Shown here: one piece after another, positions 22,481 to 32,793 of the stretch | Numbering within the stretch: position 1 is the stretch's first letter | Layout of the letters: each line of letters begins with the position of its first letter | Origin: Epithemia pelagica | Taxonomy: Eukaryota; Protista; Bacillariophyta | Direction: 5' to 3' | DNA: 64,000 nucleotides | Assembly (NCBI GenBank): GCA_946965045.2 | Contig: OX337228.1 | Location: 2,046,001 to 2,110,000, forward strand | Notes under the pieces: model-generated | What the model saw: only the letters and a program-made list of their open reading frames with translations | Databases searched by the model: none | What the model was told of the DNA's origin: nothing | Position numbers and translations under genes: made by a program

Positions 22481-25400
22481 ATGGCACCGTCGTCGAAACG
22501 TCTTACCACTGGATCCAAGGTGTTTGTGAAGCGCGGGAATGTTCCTGTGATTATTGTCGGACCTACGGAAAAGCATCATTGGGAGGTTGAGTTTGTGGAT
22601 AAAACCACTGGAATCAGGACTGGACGACGCGAGACCAAATCGTCTCAGCAACTTTGTTGGCCCTATTTGGACGAGTCATTTCCTGGAGAACAGGAGCGCA
22701 CCAGCAGCAACACCAACAACACTGCAAACAATATGACCACCCCGAACAACAACGTCACCAAATCACCAACAGCAGCAGCAGCAGCAACAACAACAACAAC
22801 AACCGCAATGTCACCAACACTGCCAACAACAACGCTGCCAACAACACTGCCACCCGCAATGTCACCAACACCACCCGCAATCATGTCACCAACACTACCA
22901 ACAACAACGTCACCACCATCATCAACAACAACACAAACAACACAAACAACAACAACGTCACCACTACCACCACCACCACCCACAACAACAACACTGCCAA
23001 CCGCAATGTCACCACCACCAACGACACCACCACCAACAACAACAACAACACCGCCAACCACAATATCACCACCGCCAACCGCAATGTCACCACCACCACC
23101 ACCACCCACAACAACAACGTCAACCGTAATGTCACCACCGCCAACCACAGTGTTGCGACCACCACCACCACCAACAACAACAACACCACCACGACGACCA
23201 CCACCAACAACAACAACAACACCACCAACCACAATGTCATCACCGCCAACAACACCGCCATCACCACCTCCAACTGCAATGCCACCACCACTGCCAACAA
23301 CAACAACACTGCCACCAACATGATCAACAACAACAACAACACGGCAAACAACATCACCACCACGGCAAACAACAACAACCGCAATGTCGCCACCACCGCC
23401 CACAGCATCATCACCCACAACAACAGCCGCAATGATGTCACCACCGCCAACAACAACAACAACGCGATTCAAATGAATGGGGTTGAGACGAGGACTGATG
23501 CAACCACCAACGTCACAACAACCGCAACCAATGAAGATGAGCGAGAAGAGAGTGAAGAGCCGGAGGTATCCACCCCGCCACCACCAACAATGCTTCGTTG
23601 TAACAACAACAACGTCACCTCACCAACAGTGGAGGTTCATCTGTTGGTTGATAAGCACGGGCATCAGGAGTATGTCGTCGAATCGGATGACGAGGCTACA
23701 TTGATCCACCAAGACGATTACGAGGACGATCATGAGCAGCCTCGCAATGAAGTGCTCATCGATGATAGTAGTGACGACGACGCTGGGGACAACGGCACTG
23801 CAAACCAGCACGAATTGCTGGAAGAAGACAACGGCGTGTCGATCAACGTTGCTGAAGAGAGCGAAGATGTACTAAACAACTTCGCTCTCCCTGAGGACGA
23901 CAATGTCCTCGACCCAAACGCGGCTGCGCTTGCATGTGAGATAGAGATGGAGCGAGCAAACGGCTACAAGCAAAGGCGCGAAATGTACGAGAAGCGACGT
24001 GAGGATTTGATCGAAAGTGGATGGACTGTCGAAGTCCAGCCCTCACGCACCGGCATTGCGATTGGAGATCGCGTTCGCGAAAACAAGCGCATCGATCCTC
24101 AATTTGGCACGGTGGTCGGGCAGATTCTTCCGGGTGAAGAAGGCAACGAGACCAGGCGCAAACTGTGGACTGTTCTCTTTGATGGAAAAGAGTTTGCCGA
24201 ACCTGGAATTCCAGGAACATCGCTTCGAAAGCTCCATGACGACCGTGTTTTCTCATGGAAGATTATGGGCGACTCGGAGCCTGACGACCCAGTGCCTCCC
24301 AAAGATACGACAGGGATCATTGGCTTTGACTTTGAAAAGTCATTCGAGAGCCAAAATGTTCTGGCACCTCCGGAGTCTTACGACTTTCCATACATGAGGT
24401 TGCTCATGCATATGTGGCCCGGTAAGTCCACCTGGTTGATTGTTTGATCCGTTGTTACGACAAAGTGGACTCACTTTTGTTCTTGTTGTGTGTTTTGCAG
24501 GAAATTGGAATAAGCAACTTAACAATCTCAACGTCCACATAGATAAGAATAATAACAAAAACCGCAAGAAGCGAAAGGTTCTTCTTGTCTCTCCGAGTGA
24601 GTGGTGGAAAGTCTGGGGCATCATGATTGGTTCTTGCCCCGCAAACCAGAGCGGGAAGAATCTGTTTGACAAGAGCCCTTCTCCTTGCCAGTTTGCTCCC
24701 AGCATCAACCTTGGGAGTACAGGAGACAACGCGATGGGAGTGATGTCCCAAGATCGGTTCGAACAGATAAAGGCCCATGTGCACCATGCATTCGCTGGGA
24801 CCGTTGAAGATGACAAATGGAACCCAATTCGCCCGTTGATTGATGGTTTCAATGAAAACCGTCGTTTGACGGTTGAAGCTTCTGCCAGGAAAGTTGTGGA
24901 CGAGTGCATGAGTGCCTTCCAGCCTCGCACCACTCCTTCCTCAAGTCTTCCTCACATCACATTTGTCCTGCGGAAACCAAAACCACTTGGGACAGAACTG
25001 AAGGTAAGTGTACTCTTGTTGTACAATGATACAGCTTCTCCGAAGGTATTCTCACTGCTGTCTTTCACAGGCGGTCGCAGATGCAGAGATTGGATGCCTT
25101 ACCTTTCTTGAGATTCAAGAAGGTAAGGATCCAATGAGGAAGCTCAAGTTCACTTCAGAAGCTGGCTCAGTCACGGCGGCGACCACGCTCCGGTTGATTG
25201 AAGGATCGGAAAATCAGGCACTGGGTGGAGGAGACCGCTACATCGTCTGTGCGGACTCCTGGTTTGGATCAGTCCGAATGGTGGAAGCACTCAAGTGCTT
25301 GTGGAGCCAGCCCAAGATTCCAGTGCCGTCGGATCCACGAAACTACTCGCTCGAGGTCGACAAAGCCAAAGGCAACAACCACAATTCTCCGGAAGTTGTT

Positions 25401-26615
25401 TGCTCAATCAAGACGAACAGTGGATTCTTTCCTCATGACGAGCTTGTCCAGGAAATGAAGGAGTATCCTTCAGGCTCCTACTTGGTTTTGGGTTGCACAG
25501 CTCCAGCCACCAACGTGGAGCTGCGTGCAATTGGATATAAATATAATGCAACAAAAGTGCTCTTGTTTTTGATGTCAAAAAATGCAGGAAGCACAGTGCC
25601 TGGTCGTCCGTATGTGGCACGTTTCCCGGATGAACACGGCAACATTCGGGAGAGACACGTCCCACGCCCAAGCTGCCTCTCGAAGTACTTTGGTTGTTCC
25701 AACGTCATTGACGTCCACAACCAGTATCGGCAGAACCTCCTTGCTCTCGAGGAGCATTGGAAAACACCCAACCCCTGGTTCCGACTTATGACAACAGTTA
25801 TCGGCATGACAGTTGTTGATTGTTTCCTTGGTGCGAAGCACCACAGGGGACAACTTCTGCCGACCCAAACATTGAAGCAATTTGCAGATGCCCTCGCATG
25901 GGATCTTACCAACAATCCACTTCGAGATGAGACCGTTGTTCCTGTGGTCCAAACTCGATCGAATATTGCTTTGTCGTCGAGCCCATCAGTTGATGAACAG
26001 CTTGGTGGATTGTTGGGAGCTCTGGGTCTTGGTGATCATGCAACAACACCAACAGAGATGTCGAATATGCTCCGACAATTGGTGGTGAACAACACAGCAA
26101 GAACTGTGTCTCCAACGGACTCGTCGCTTGGAGGTGATGAGGTCTTCTGCTTTCCGTGCTCTCCCACGGAGAACACCACCACCAATAACAACAACAACAA
26201 CAGCTCGAGGGCCACCACCAACAACAACAACAACAGCGCGAGGGCCACCACCACCAACAACAACAACAGCGCGAGGGCCACCACCAATAACAACCACAAC
26301 AGCGCAAGGGCCACCACCAATAACAACCACAACAGCACGGGCAATCCCCTTGATCATTTTCAGATTCCATTTGACACAACAACCACAGATACCAACGGCA
26401 GGGAGCGTCCGTGCAATCGGCGGTGTGTTGTTTGTGGCACAACAACCCGCATGATGTGCGCGCATCCACAGTGCCGTGCGACCGTAAGGTATCGCAAGGT
26501 CGCGGGCAAGGACGAGATCAAGGAGATTCGAGGAGTGGGCCTGTGTTCAGGCTACAGGGTTCGTAATGGTCATCGGTACCCGTGCATTGAGGTACATCGT
26601 CAAAGTTTCACGTGA
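22481..26615 (+). CDS. piggyBac-like (PGBD/DDE_Tnp_1_7-type) transposase, ~1330 aa; introns 24422-24500 and 25004-25070; apparent 1-nt frameshift near 22760
   Basis: Catalytic-type Asp in VVDECM (24899), CADSWF (25254) and VIDVHNQYRQ (25710); KPKPLG; LEEHWKT..WFRL..TVIGMTVVD; C-terminal Cys-rich domain CNRRCVVC..MC..PQC...C...CIEVH. Introns restore MWP-GNW and ELK-AVAD. Confidence 0.85.
22700..23640 (+). repeat. (AAC/ACC)-rich low-complexity array with recurring cgcaatgtcaccacc units, encoding Asn/Thr
   Basis: Directly visible; produces stop-free ORFs in several frames on both strands. Confidence 0.95.
26202..26333 (+). repeat. 4 x 33-bp tandem repeat encoding S(S/A)RATT(T/N)NN(N/H)N inside the transposase
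   Basis: Units start at 26202, 26235, 26268 and 26301 (agc(t/g)c(g/a)agggccaccacca...). Confidence 0.9.
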
Positions 26616-26782
26616 TAAAGGCTGCTTCTATTCTTCACAGTAGCTCGTCAATCCTAACAAGATAATACTTATGATACTAGTATATTTGGTGCATTAACAC
26701 TTCTACTCAGCCTTGACTCATTGTAATGAAATAGGAGTCGTTCTTGATACGAAACTAGTACTAGTGTATTTGCATTAACTTG

Positions 26783-27295
26783 CTACTTCTTCTTGTTTGA
26801 CCAAGTCTTCATTGCATTGTCGATGGACTGGATCATTGCTACCGAGTTTACAACACGCATTTTGATTGTGATGGTCATCGGCTCCATCGTAATCAACGTA
26901 TTCAACGAATGCGTTGTCTTGATCACAATCTTGCCCTTTACCGTGGATCCACTCGGCGACGACACGAGGGTGGATTTGAGCGTATTTGCGATTGATGTGA
27001 TGGGGATGATAAGCTCGGGAAAGTGATCGTCGTCCTTTCCACGAGCAAAGCCACGAATGGAGATTGCATTGTTGTTTGTGTCAGACGAGTAGGAGCGTTG
27101 AACAAGCACAACGCCACAATCAACGATGAGGCGCCCATCGTACCCGTCGTCTTGATGGCCGGGCTTAATGTGAATGTTCACCCCAGAATCTCCGAAGATG
27201 GAAACAGAGAACCCCTGGCATGGAAGGTTCTGTCCATCATCACGTCGAGTTGTGAATTGCTTGGGGAGAGTATTGACTTCCTCGGGTGTCTGCAT
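26783..27295 (-). CDS. Transposon passenger ORF A, 170 aa, beta-strand-rich, function unknown
   Basis: Intronless ATG-to-stop ORF inside the TIRs, with complex protein-like composition, convergent with the transposase. Confidence 0.55.
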   Translation of the reverse strand: MQTPEEVNTLPKQFTTRRDDGQNLPCQGFSVSIFGDSGVNIHIKPGHQDDGYDGRLIVDCGVVLVQRSYSSDTNNNAISIRGFARGKDDDHFPELIIPITSIANTLKSTLVSSPSGSTVKGKIVIKTTHSLNTLITMEPMTITIKMRVVNSVAMIQSIDNAMKTWSNKKK

Positions 27296-27611
27296 TGTTA
27301 GAACTGGAGAGAAAAGAGGGTAAGTGGAACTGCAGTTGCTTGTCTACTAATCTTCTTCTCTCTATATAGCTCCAAGAAGAACTTACACGAGAACACGAAG
27401 AGCTGGCGAAATGCAAAATACGAGAATGAGAATGAGTTGTGATGGCTAAGCGGTTTGTTTGATTGTCATTTGTCATATCGCCTTGTGTTTTGTGTTTTGC
27501 GCCATAATCTGCTTCCGACAGGCGTGGTGCGCGTTCATGTGTCACACTTTTTTGAGAACTCGTGACTGTTGATCACTTGTCCGCCGCTTCTCCAAACATG
27601 ACAATCAGCCC

Positions 27612-28157
27612 GTGCACAAAGATCAACAATCAACAATGTCCGAGATGATCAATGGTAGGCGCGTCAGCTTGCGCAACAAGAGCAAGCTTCAGCAGATGCA
27701 GATGTCATCGTCCTCTGTGCGCTTGGCCGACCGGTACGATGGTGGCTCCATGGCAGCTCCCTCCAAGCCTGCACCTGTTGTCATCGTGAAGAAGAAGACA
27801 AAGAAGAAACAGAAGAAGACGAACAAGGGAGTTGATGAGAAGAAGATGACTGTTGTGAACAAAGAAGGCAATGTGGGCAATGTGGAAGTGAAGACTCCTC
27901 GTGGACGAGTTTCATTTGGAAAAATGGAGGTCGTCCAAGTTCTGTCACCTGAAAGTGATGAATCAATGGGTGGAGAACCAAGCCCAGCACAAAACAACAA
28001 CAAAGAAAACAACTCCTGCATGGATTTTGAAGCAATCGAGCCGTGCTCCCATCGCAAGAGCTTTGCCAGCTCAGTTGGAGTGGAAAGCAACCTTTCCTTT
28101 GAGTTTGCGGAGACGCAACAAGATGCTCCCGAGTTTCATTTCAACATCATCGAATAG
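27612..28157 (+). CDS. Transposon passenger ORF B, ~170-181 aa, basic; NLS-like and RVxF-like motifs
   Basis: ORF inside the TIRs with KKKTKKKQKK and KTPRGRVSF. Probable ATG at ~27636 (MSEMING). Confidence 0.55.
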   Translation: MHKDQQSTMSEMINGRRVSLRNKSKLQQMQMSSSSVRLADRYDGGSMAAPSKPAPVVIVKKKTKKKQKKTNKGVDEKKMTVVNKEGNVGNVEVKTPRGRVSFGKMEVVQVLSPESDESMGGEPSPAQNNNKENNSCMDFEAIEPCSHRKSFASSVGVESNLSFEFAETQQDAPEFHFNIIE

Positions 28158-28261
28158 CGCACACAATGAACTCTATAGCTCTCTATTCATGTTATTACTG
28201 TTTCCTATCTATTTGTACAATCAACAGATGCCATTTGACAATGCAATGCCATGAAAACAAG

Positions 28262-28487
28262 TGTGCCAAACTGTGCCAAACTGTGCCAAGCGACAAAAAT
28301 GGTTCTCGGAAATCGATTTCTAGATCCATACCTACTAGGATTGGGGCCAGGGGGTGGTTGGCGCTCGAAAGAAGACCCTTTTGGGCTCAAGATTGAGCAC
28401 CAGCATGTGGTCATACGACCATTTTTGATGAAGTTACATGTAGCTAAAGTTTGTGCCAAAGGGGCACAAACTAGGCGTCCTGGGCAC
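28262..28487 (-). repeat. Right terminal inverted repeat (226 bp, 3 copies of the 10-mer)
   Basis: Mirror of 21775-22000. Confidence 0.95.
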
Positions 28488-28772
28488 TTCCCCCTAGGAG
28501 GCACTAGTCTAGCATGGTAAGTACTCTTTTTTATGATGATCGACTGCTTTTTCCTGGATCAGGCTTCGATCGTCCAAAACGTTTGGGATTTTAGGAGTCT
28601 AGGGGAGACAACCGTTTTCCTCCACTATTTGTCCATTTTCAACCTAGCTGGAGCTGGGGGAATAGTTGTCTTAGCACGTTACCCCTTATTCTTATTTTCA
28701 TACGAGTACCTATGGGTTCACGAAGAACTCCTACTCCAGACAAAGAAACAAAAAGGCTAAAAGACGCCCGCA

Positions 28773-30470
28773 TTACTTACTTGCAGACGATCGAAACTCC
28801 AACTCAAGCACAACAGGGCAATGATCACTACCCCCCTGTTCGTCTAGCATGTAACTATCCCTTGCGACTATCTGCGAGGATTCCTCAAAGAACTTAGGAT
28901 CGCAAATGAAGTAGTCAAGTCTCAAACCTTTGTTCGGTTCACGATTTCCAGCTCTCGTACTCCAATACGAATAGTGTCCAGATGCATTTGGATGAAGGCG
29001 ACGGAAAGCGTCCACAAAACCTGCGTCCAGCTGAGCCTGAAAGGAAGCTCGTTCCTCTGGGGTTACCCCAGCTTGTTTGGGTAGATGCTTCGCCCCGTCG
29101 TTCCAAACTTCCAAATTTGTGTGCGCAACATTGAGATCTCCAACCCAGATCACAGGGACTCCACGATCTTTTTGTATCTTTTGCATGAAAGCAAGAAAAT
29201 CTTTGTCCCATTCTTCTGTCCTGTATTGAAGTCTACCCAGTGTTTGGCCTGAATTGGGTACATAAACGTTCACCAAGCTGAACGTCGAAAAGTCTAAAAC
29301 AATGACCCTCCCCTCACCATCGTGTTTTGATTTCCCCAGTTTGTATGAGACATTTTCGAGGGTTGGCAGTGCATCTCGATCTGATGAAGACGTGGGAGAC
29401 GACGATTTCTTCGCGGGCTTGGCTTTAGAGCCAAAAAATTTCTCCAATGTTGGCTGTTTCGCACTTCCTTCCTGCTTCTTACACAATGCCTTTCTCACAA
29501 ACACGGCGGTACCCGAATACCCCTTCTTTTCCAATGAACAGGAAAAATATGACTCATAGCCTTCCTCTTCAAGACGTGGAATATCGAGTTTTGAATCTGA
29601 TAGATGTTGCTCTTGCAGTTTTGTTTCCTGGAGACATAATATATCGAGATCATACTTTTTCACAAGATCAGAAAGAGCAGTAGGCAATTTCTTTACAAGA
29701 GCTCGGAGACCAGCAACGTTCCATGAAGCCACCTTAAAAGCTGTACCATAGAATAGAGTTTTGAGTAGAAGGTTGAGGTGCCATCCGCGTCATATCGTAA
29801 CCTTGTCATACGAATACGTACTGCATGAACCATCAGGCGCCTTCGAGGGGTTCCACAGGCGTGGAATCTCGTCTTTTTCTGTCAGTACTTGATGTGGTGG
29901 AGCTTTCTTTTTCTTTTCTTTCTTGTTTTCTTGCGGTGTAGCATCCTTAGATGCGTCTTTCTCATTGTCAGCTCCACTCCGCCTCCTTCGTTTGCTGGCG
30001 GGGGTGTCTTTCTCTGCCACTGGACTCTCCTTATCTTTATCTTCCCGTTCTACATCGACTTCACTCTTGCTATGTTTTACTCTTTTCTTAGTATGCCGTG
30101 GAGATGAAGGATCTGTATCTGTTTTGCTCACTACCTTTGCGTCTTTATCGCTTTCGTCCTTTCCTCCAACCTCTGAGCTCAGATTTTTTAGCCGACTAGA
30201 GCGACGAGGTGTTCCGTCACTTGTGGCATTGTCTGGGGCCATTTGTTGGATAAATCGTGAACGAGATAGGGAGATATCTGCCTTGAGATGAAAGTCGAGA
30301 CAATGGTGGAATCCCAACGCGTAGGCGTTGTGAGCCCTATGTAAGAGCGCGCTCAACAAGCAAAAACGAAAGCCTTTGAACCTGCTGATAACGAGTCTAC
30401 CACAGGGAACAGCGATAGTAGAGATCGAGATCATTGGATCGTCGACCTTTGCCGTTGTGGACGCGTACAA
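28773..30470 (-). CDS. APEX1: AP endonuclease (APE1/ExoIII family) with basic N-terminal extension; intron 29741-29821; alternative ATG 30242
   Basis: Motifs ASWNVAGLR, LCLQETK, NVYVPNS, GDLNVAH, GLRLDYF, GSDHCP. The intron joins GSC-TFKVASWN. Confidence 0.9.
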
Positions 30471-30685
30471 AGATTTTGAAAACGTGTTGAAATGGCACGG
30501 AACTACTCACTCTCTAGCGATAAAATTTACTTTTTCGTTGAAATAGTTCTCAATTATTGCGGCTGGAACACTGGAAGTTAATTCAAAAAATGACCGCGGA
30601 TAAACGTGGCATTGACTATTGACTGGCATTTCGCAACCATTCTGCTCATCTGCGCTGTGTACAAGCAGCATCTCCAATCTTTCCA

Positions 30686-31737
30686 ATGATGTTGTCAAGA
30701 ATTGCCTTTTTGGTCCTTCCATTAGTCACGGCCGTCGGAGGCCTCCCAGTTCAATTCGTTATCAATCAGCGCTCAGAGGAGTGCTTGTACGAAAAAATTA
30801 AAACTGGGTGAGTACGATATTCCATCTACTGCAGCGACCGTCATTCCATTCTGAACCAACCGCTTTCTCACGCCAGAGCCTTTTTACTTCTAACGACAGA
30901 GAATCATTCACCGTGTCAGCATTTATCCTCGGCGGCTCCAAACTTCAGGCACATATTGCCGTCGATGGGCCAGTAGCTCCCCCTGATGCTGACACTGGAT
31001 TGGCGATCTACGAATCTGCAATTAAACACGACCATGGGGAAACTTTCGGCGAGCAGACACAGTTCAAGTTTCATGCTAACTTTGAAGACCTGAATGTGGT
31101 TGAGGATGACAATGTAGCGGAAGAAGATGACGCAATTTCGGACAAACCGAAAGAGGGAGAGACCCCCGAAGAACAAAGAGCTCGCCGCGCCCAAGAACGA
31201 CGTAAAGCCTTGGAAGCTCGACAGCGCGAGGAACAATTAAAGCAAAGTCAAAAGAAGAAAATTAGGAATGAGGGGAAACCGTTTCAGAAGACATTCAAAG
31301 CCAAAGCTGACGGTTGGTACCAGTTTTGCGTTGAGGCCGACGTATCGAAGGTAACTGTTGAACTAGATTTTCGAACGGAGAGTGATTATGGAGGCATTGG
31401 ACCTACAGGTCACGTGTTCACATTGGAAGAGAAAGCTGTGGAAGAAGAAGAAAAGGCCATGGAAGAGGATTCTGCAACAGAAGAAGGAATAAAAGACGAA
31501 GATTTCCAGTCAACCCGGGACAAATTGAAAACACTTCGACGACTTCTGGCTGATATTCAATCAAAGCAGTCGCAAGAGCGTCATCGCTTAATGTTACATT
31601 CTGCCACCAACGAGCACTCTCATTCGCGAATGGTCCTTTCCTCTCTACTGGAAACCATTTTATTTATGTTGGTCACAGGTTTTCAAGTATTCACAATTCG
31701 TAGATGGTTCAAGGGAGCACCGGCGCTTGGTCGATAA
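30686..31737 (+). CDS. p24/emp24/gp25L (TMED) GOLD-domain cargo receptor; intron 30808-30899
   Basis: Manual exon 1 reads MMLSRIAFLVLPLVTAVGGLPVQFVINQRSEECLYE. GWYQFCV, coiled coil, C-terminal TM and tail FQVFTIRRWF. Confidence 0.85.
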
Positions 31738-32099
31738 GCTTAGTTGACATTTACTTGTAGCACAAAGCATTTCGTCGTCTAGACTCTTGCATCCATGACC
31801 TTTACGCCAATTATAAGAAAATGCCCATTACAAGTGCAATGAACACATGACGTGAATGGGCGACCACATCATAATGTACATCGCGTCAAACTTAAGACAT
31901 TAAACGAGTGCTTACGATTTATACGGGAAATGTGGAGAAACCAGCGTTTTAAAATAGGAGAAAGATACAATTGTATCGAGAACTAAAAAAAGGGAATTGA
32001 AATATGCAAAAGAAAACTCAAAACCAAAAAAAGGGACTGGCAGTGGCAAAAGCAAAACTTGAAGCTGCCAAACAATGTGTAGAAACCAAATTCGTCTCC

Positions 32100-32711
32100 T
32101 CATTGAGAAATGAAAATACGAGGGACTTTGTTGCTGTGAATAGATCCAATGTTCTGAATAACAAAAGGTGTTTCTTCGCTACCCCAACCGCAAGCGCGGC
32201 GATGGATGTTAGGGGTGTTAAGGAAAGATTTGAGACGAGTGTCTGTCTGATAGAAAGGGATGAATGAATCCGACTCTTCTTCTTCGTCTTCTTTTTCGTG
32301 AATTATAATCGGTGAGTAGCATCGGTTCCATCGAAGATGCTGAAGATTATGTGCATCGCAAAAGTTCAAAGAAGAAGCGAAGCGGTCATCCACACGAAAT
32401 TGAACTTCCCTGTCTTCTGCAGCCTCACCATGATTGACCCACATTTCATTTTTACTACCGTCACAGGCAAGAAGTTGAGGCGATGGGCGATCAACAACAT
32501 TATTACCGCAGGACGGCACAAGATGTGACACGTTGCTCGAACTGTCCATGCAGTCCAGATCAGTTCCAACTTCTCCTCGGATAACACTGCATTCACTGGT
32601 CGAAGAGATAGGGGATTCCGTCTCCCTGCTGCTTGTTGCCTTCAAGTCGTTAGCAGCAAACGAAGGTGGAAGGTCCTGAACTCGATCTTCAATACTATCA
32701 GTGCCCGTCAT
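32100..32711 (-). CDS. Hypothetical protein (203 aa)
   Basis: ORF with accATGa start; no recognisable motif. Confidence 0.4.
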   Translation of the reverse strand: MTGTDSIEDRVQDLPPSFAANDLKATSSRETESPISSTSECSVIRGEVGTDLDCMDSSSNVSHLVPSCGNNVVDRPSPQLLACDGSKNEMWVNHGEAAEDREVQFRVDDRFASSLNFCDAHNLQHLRWNRCYSPIIIHEKEDEEEESDSFIPFYQTDTRLKSFLNTPNIHRRACGWGSEETPFVIQNIGSIHSNKVPRIFISQ

Positions 32712-32793
32712 GGTGATTGATCACTCTGGTGTGAAAATTCGCTCTGGGAGTTTTTTTTTATGTTATTTTACCGGTCTATGTATTGTGGAACTC

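Larger units (their letters stand above)
21754..28503 (+). mobile_element. piggyBac-like DNA transposon with long TIRs and two passenger ORFs (exact ends uncertain)
   Basis: DDD transposase lies between 226-bp inverted repeats. Outer TGCCTC/GAGGCA mini-IR is flanked by CTAG (21750-21753, 28504-28507). Confidence 0.85.

Noticed and set aside
22663-23472. Long antisense Val/Gly/Leu-rich ORFs (also 25906-26469 and 38076-39149)
   Set aside because: Shadows of (AAC/ACC)n low-complexity sense sequence, whose complement lacks stop codons.
26676-26790. Imperfect direct repeat actagt(a/g)tattt(gg)tgcattaac between convergent TE ORFs
   Set aside because: Short, AT-rich, two copies only; plausibly 3'-end signals but not supportable further.
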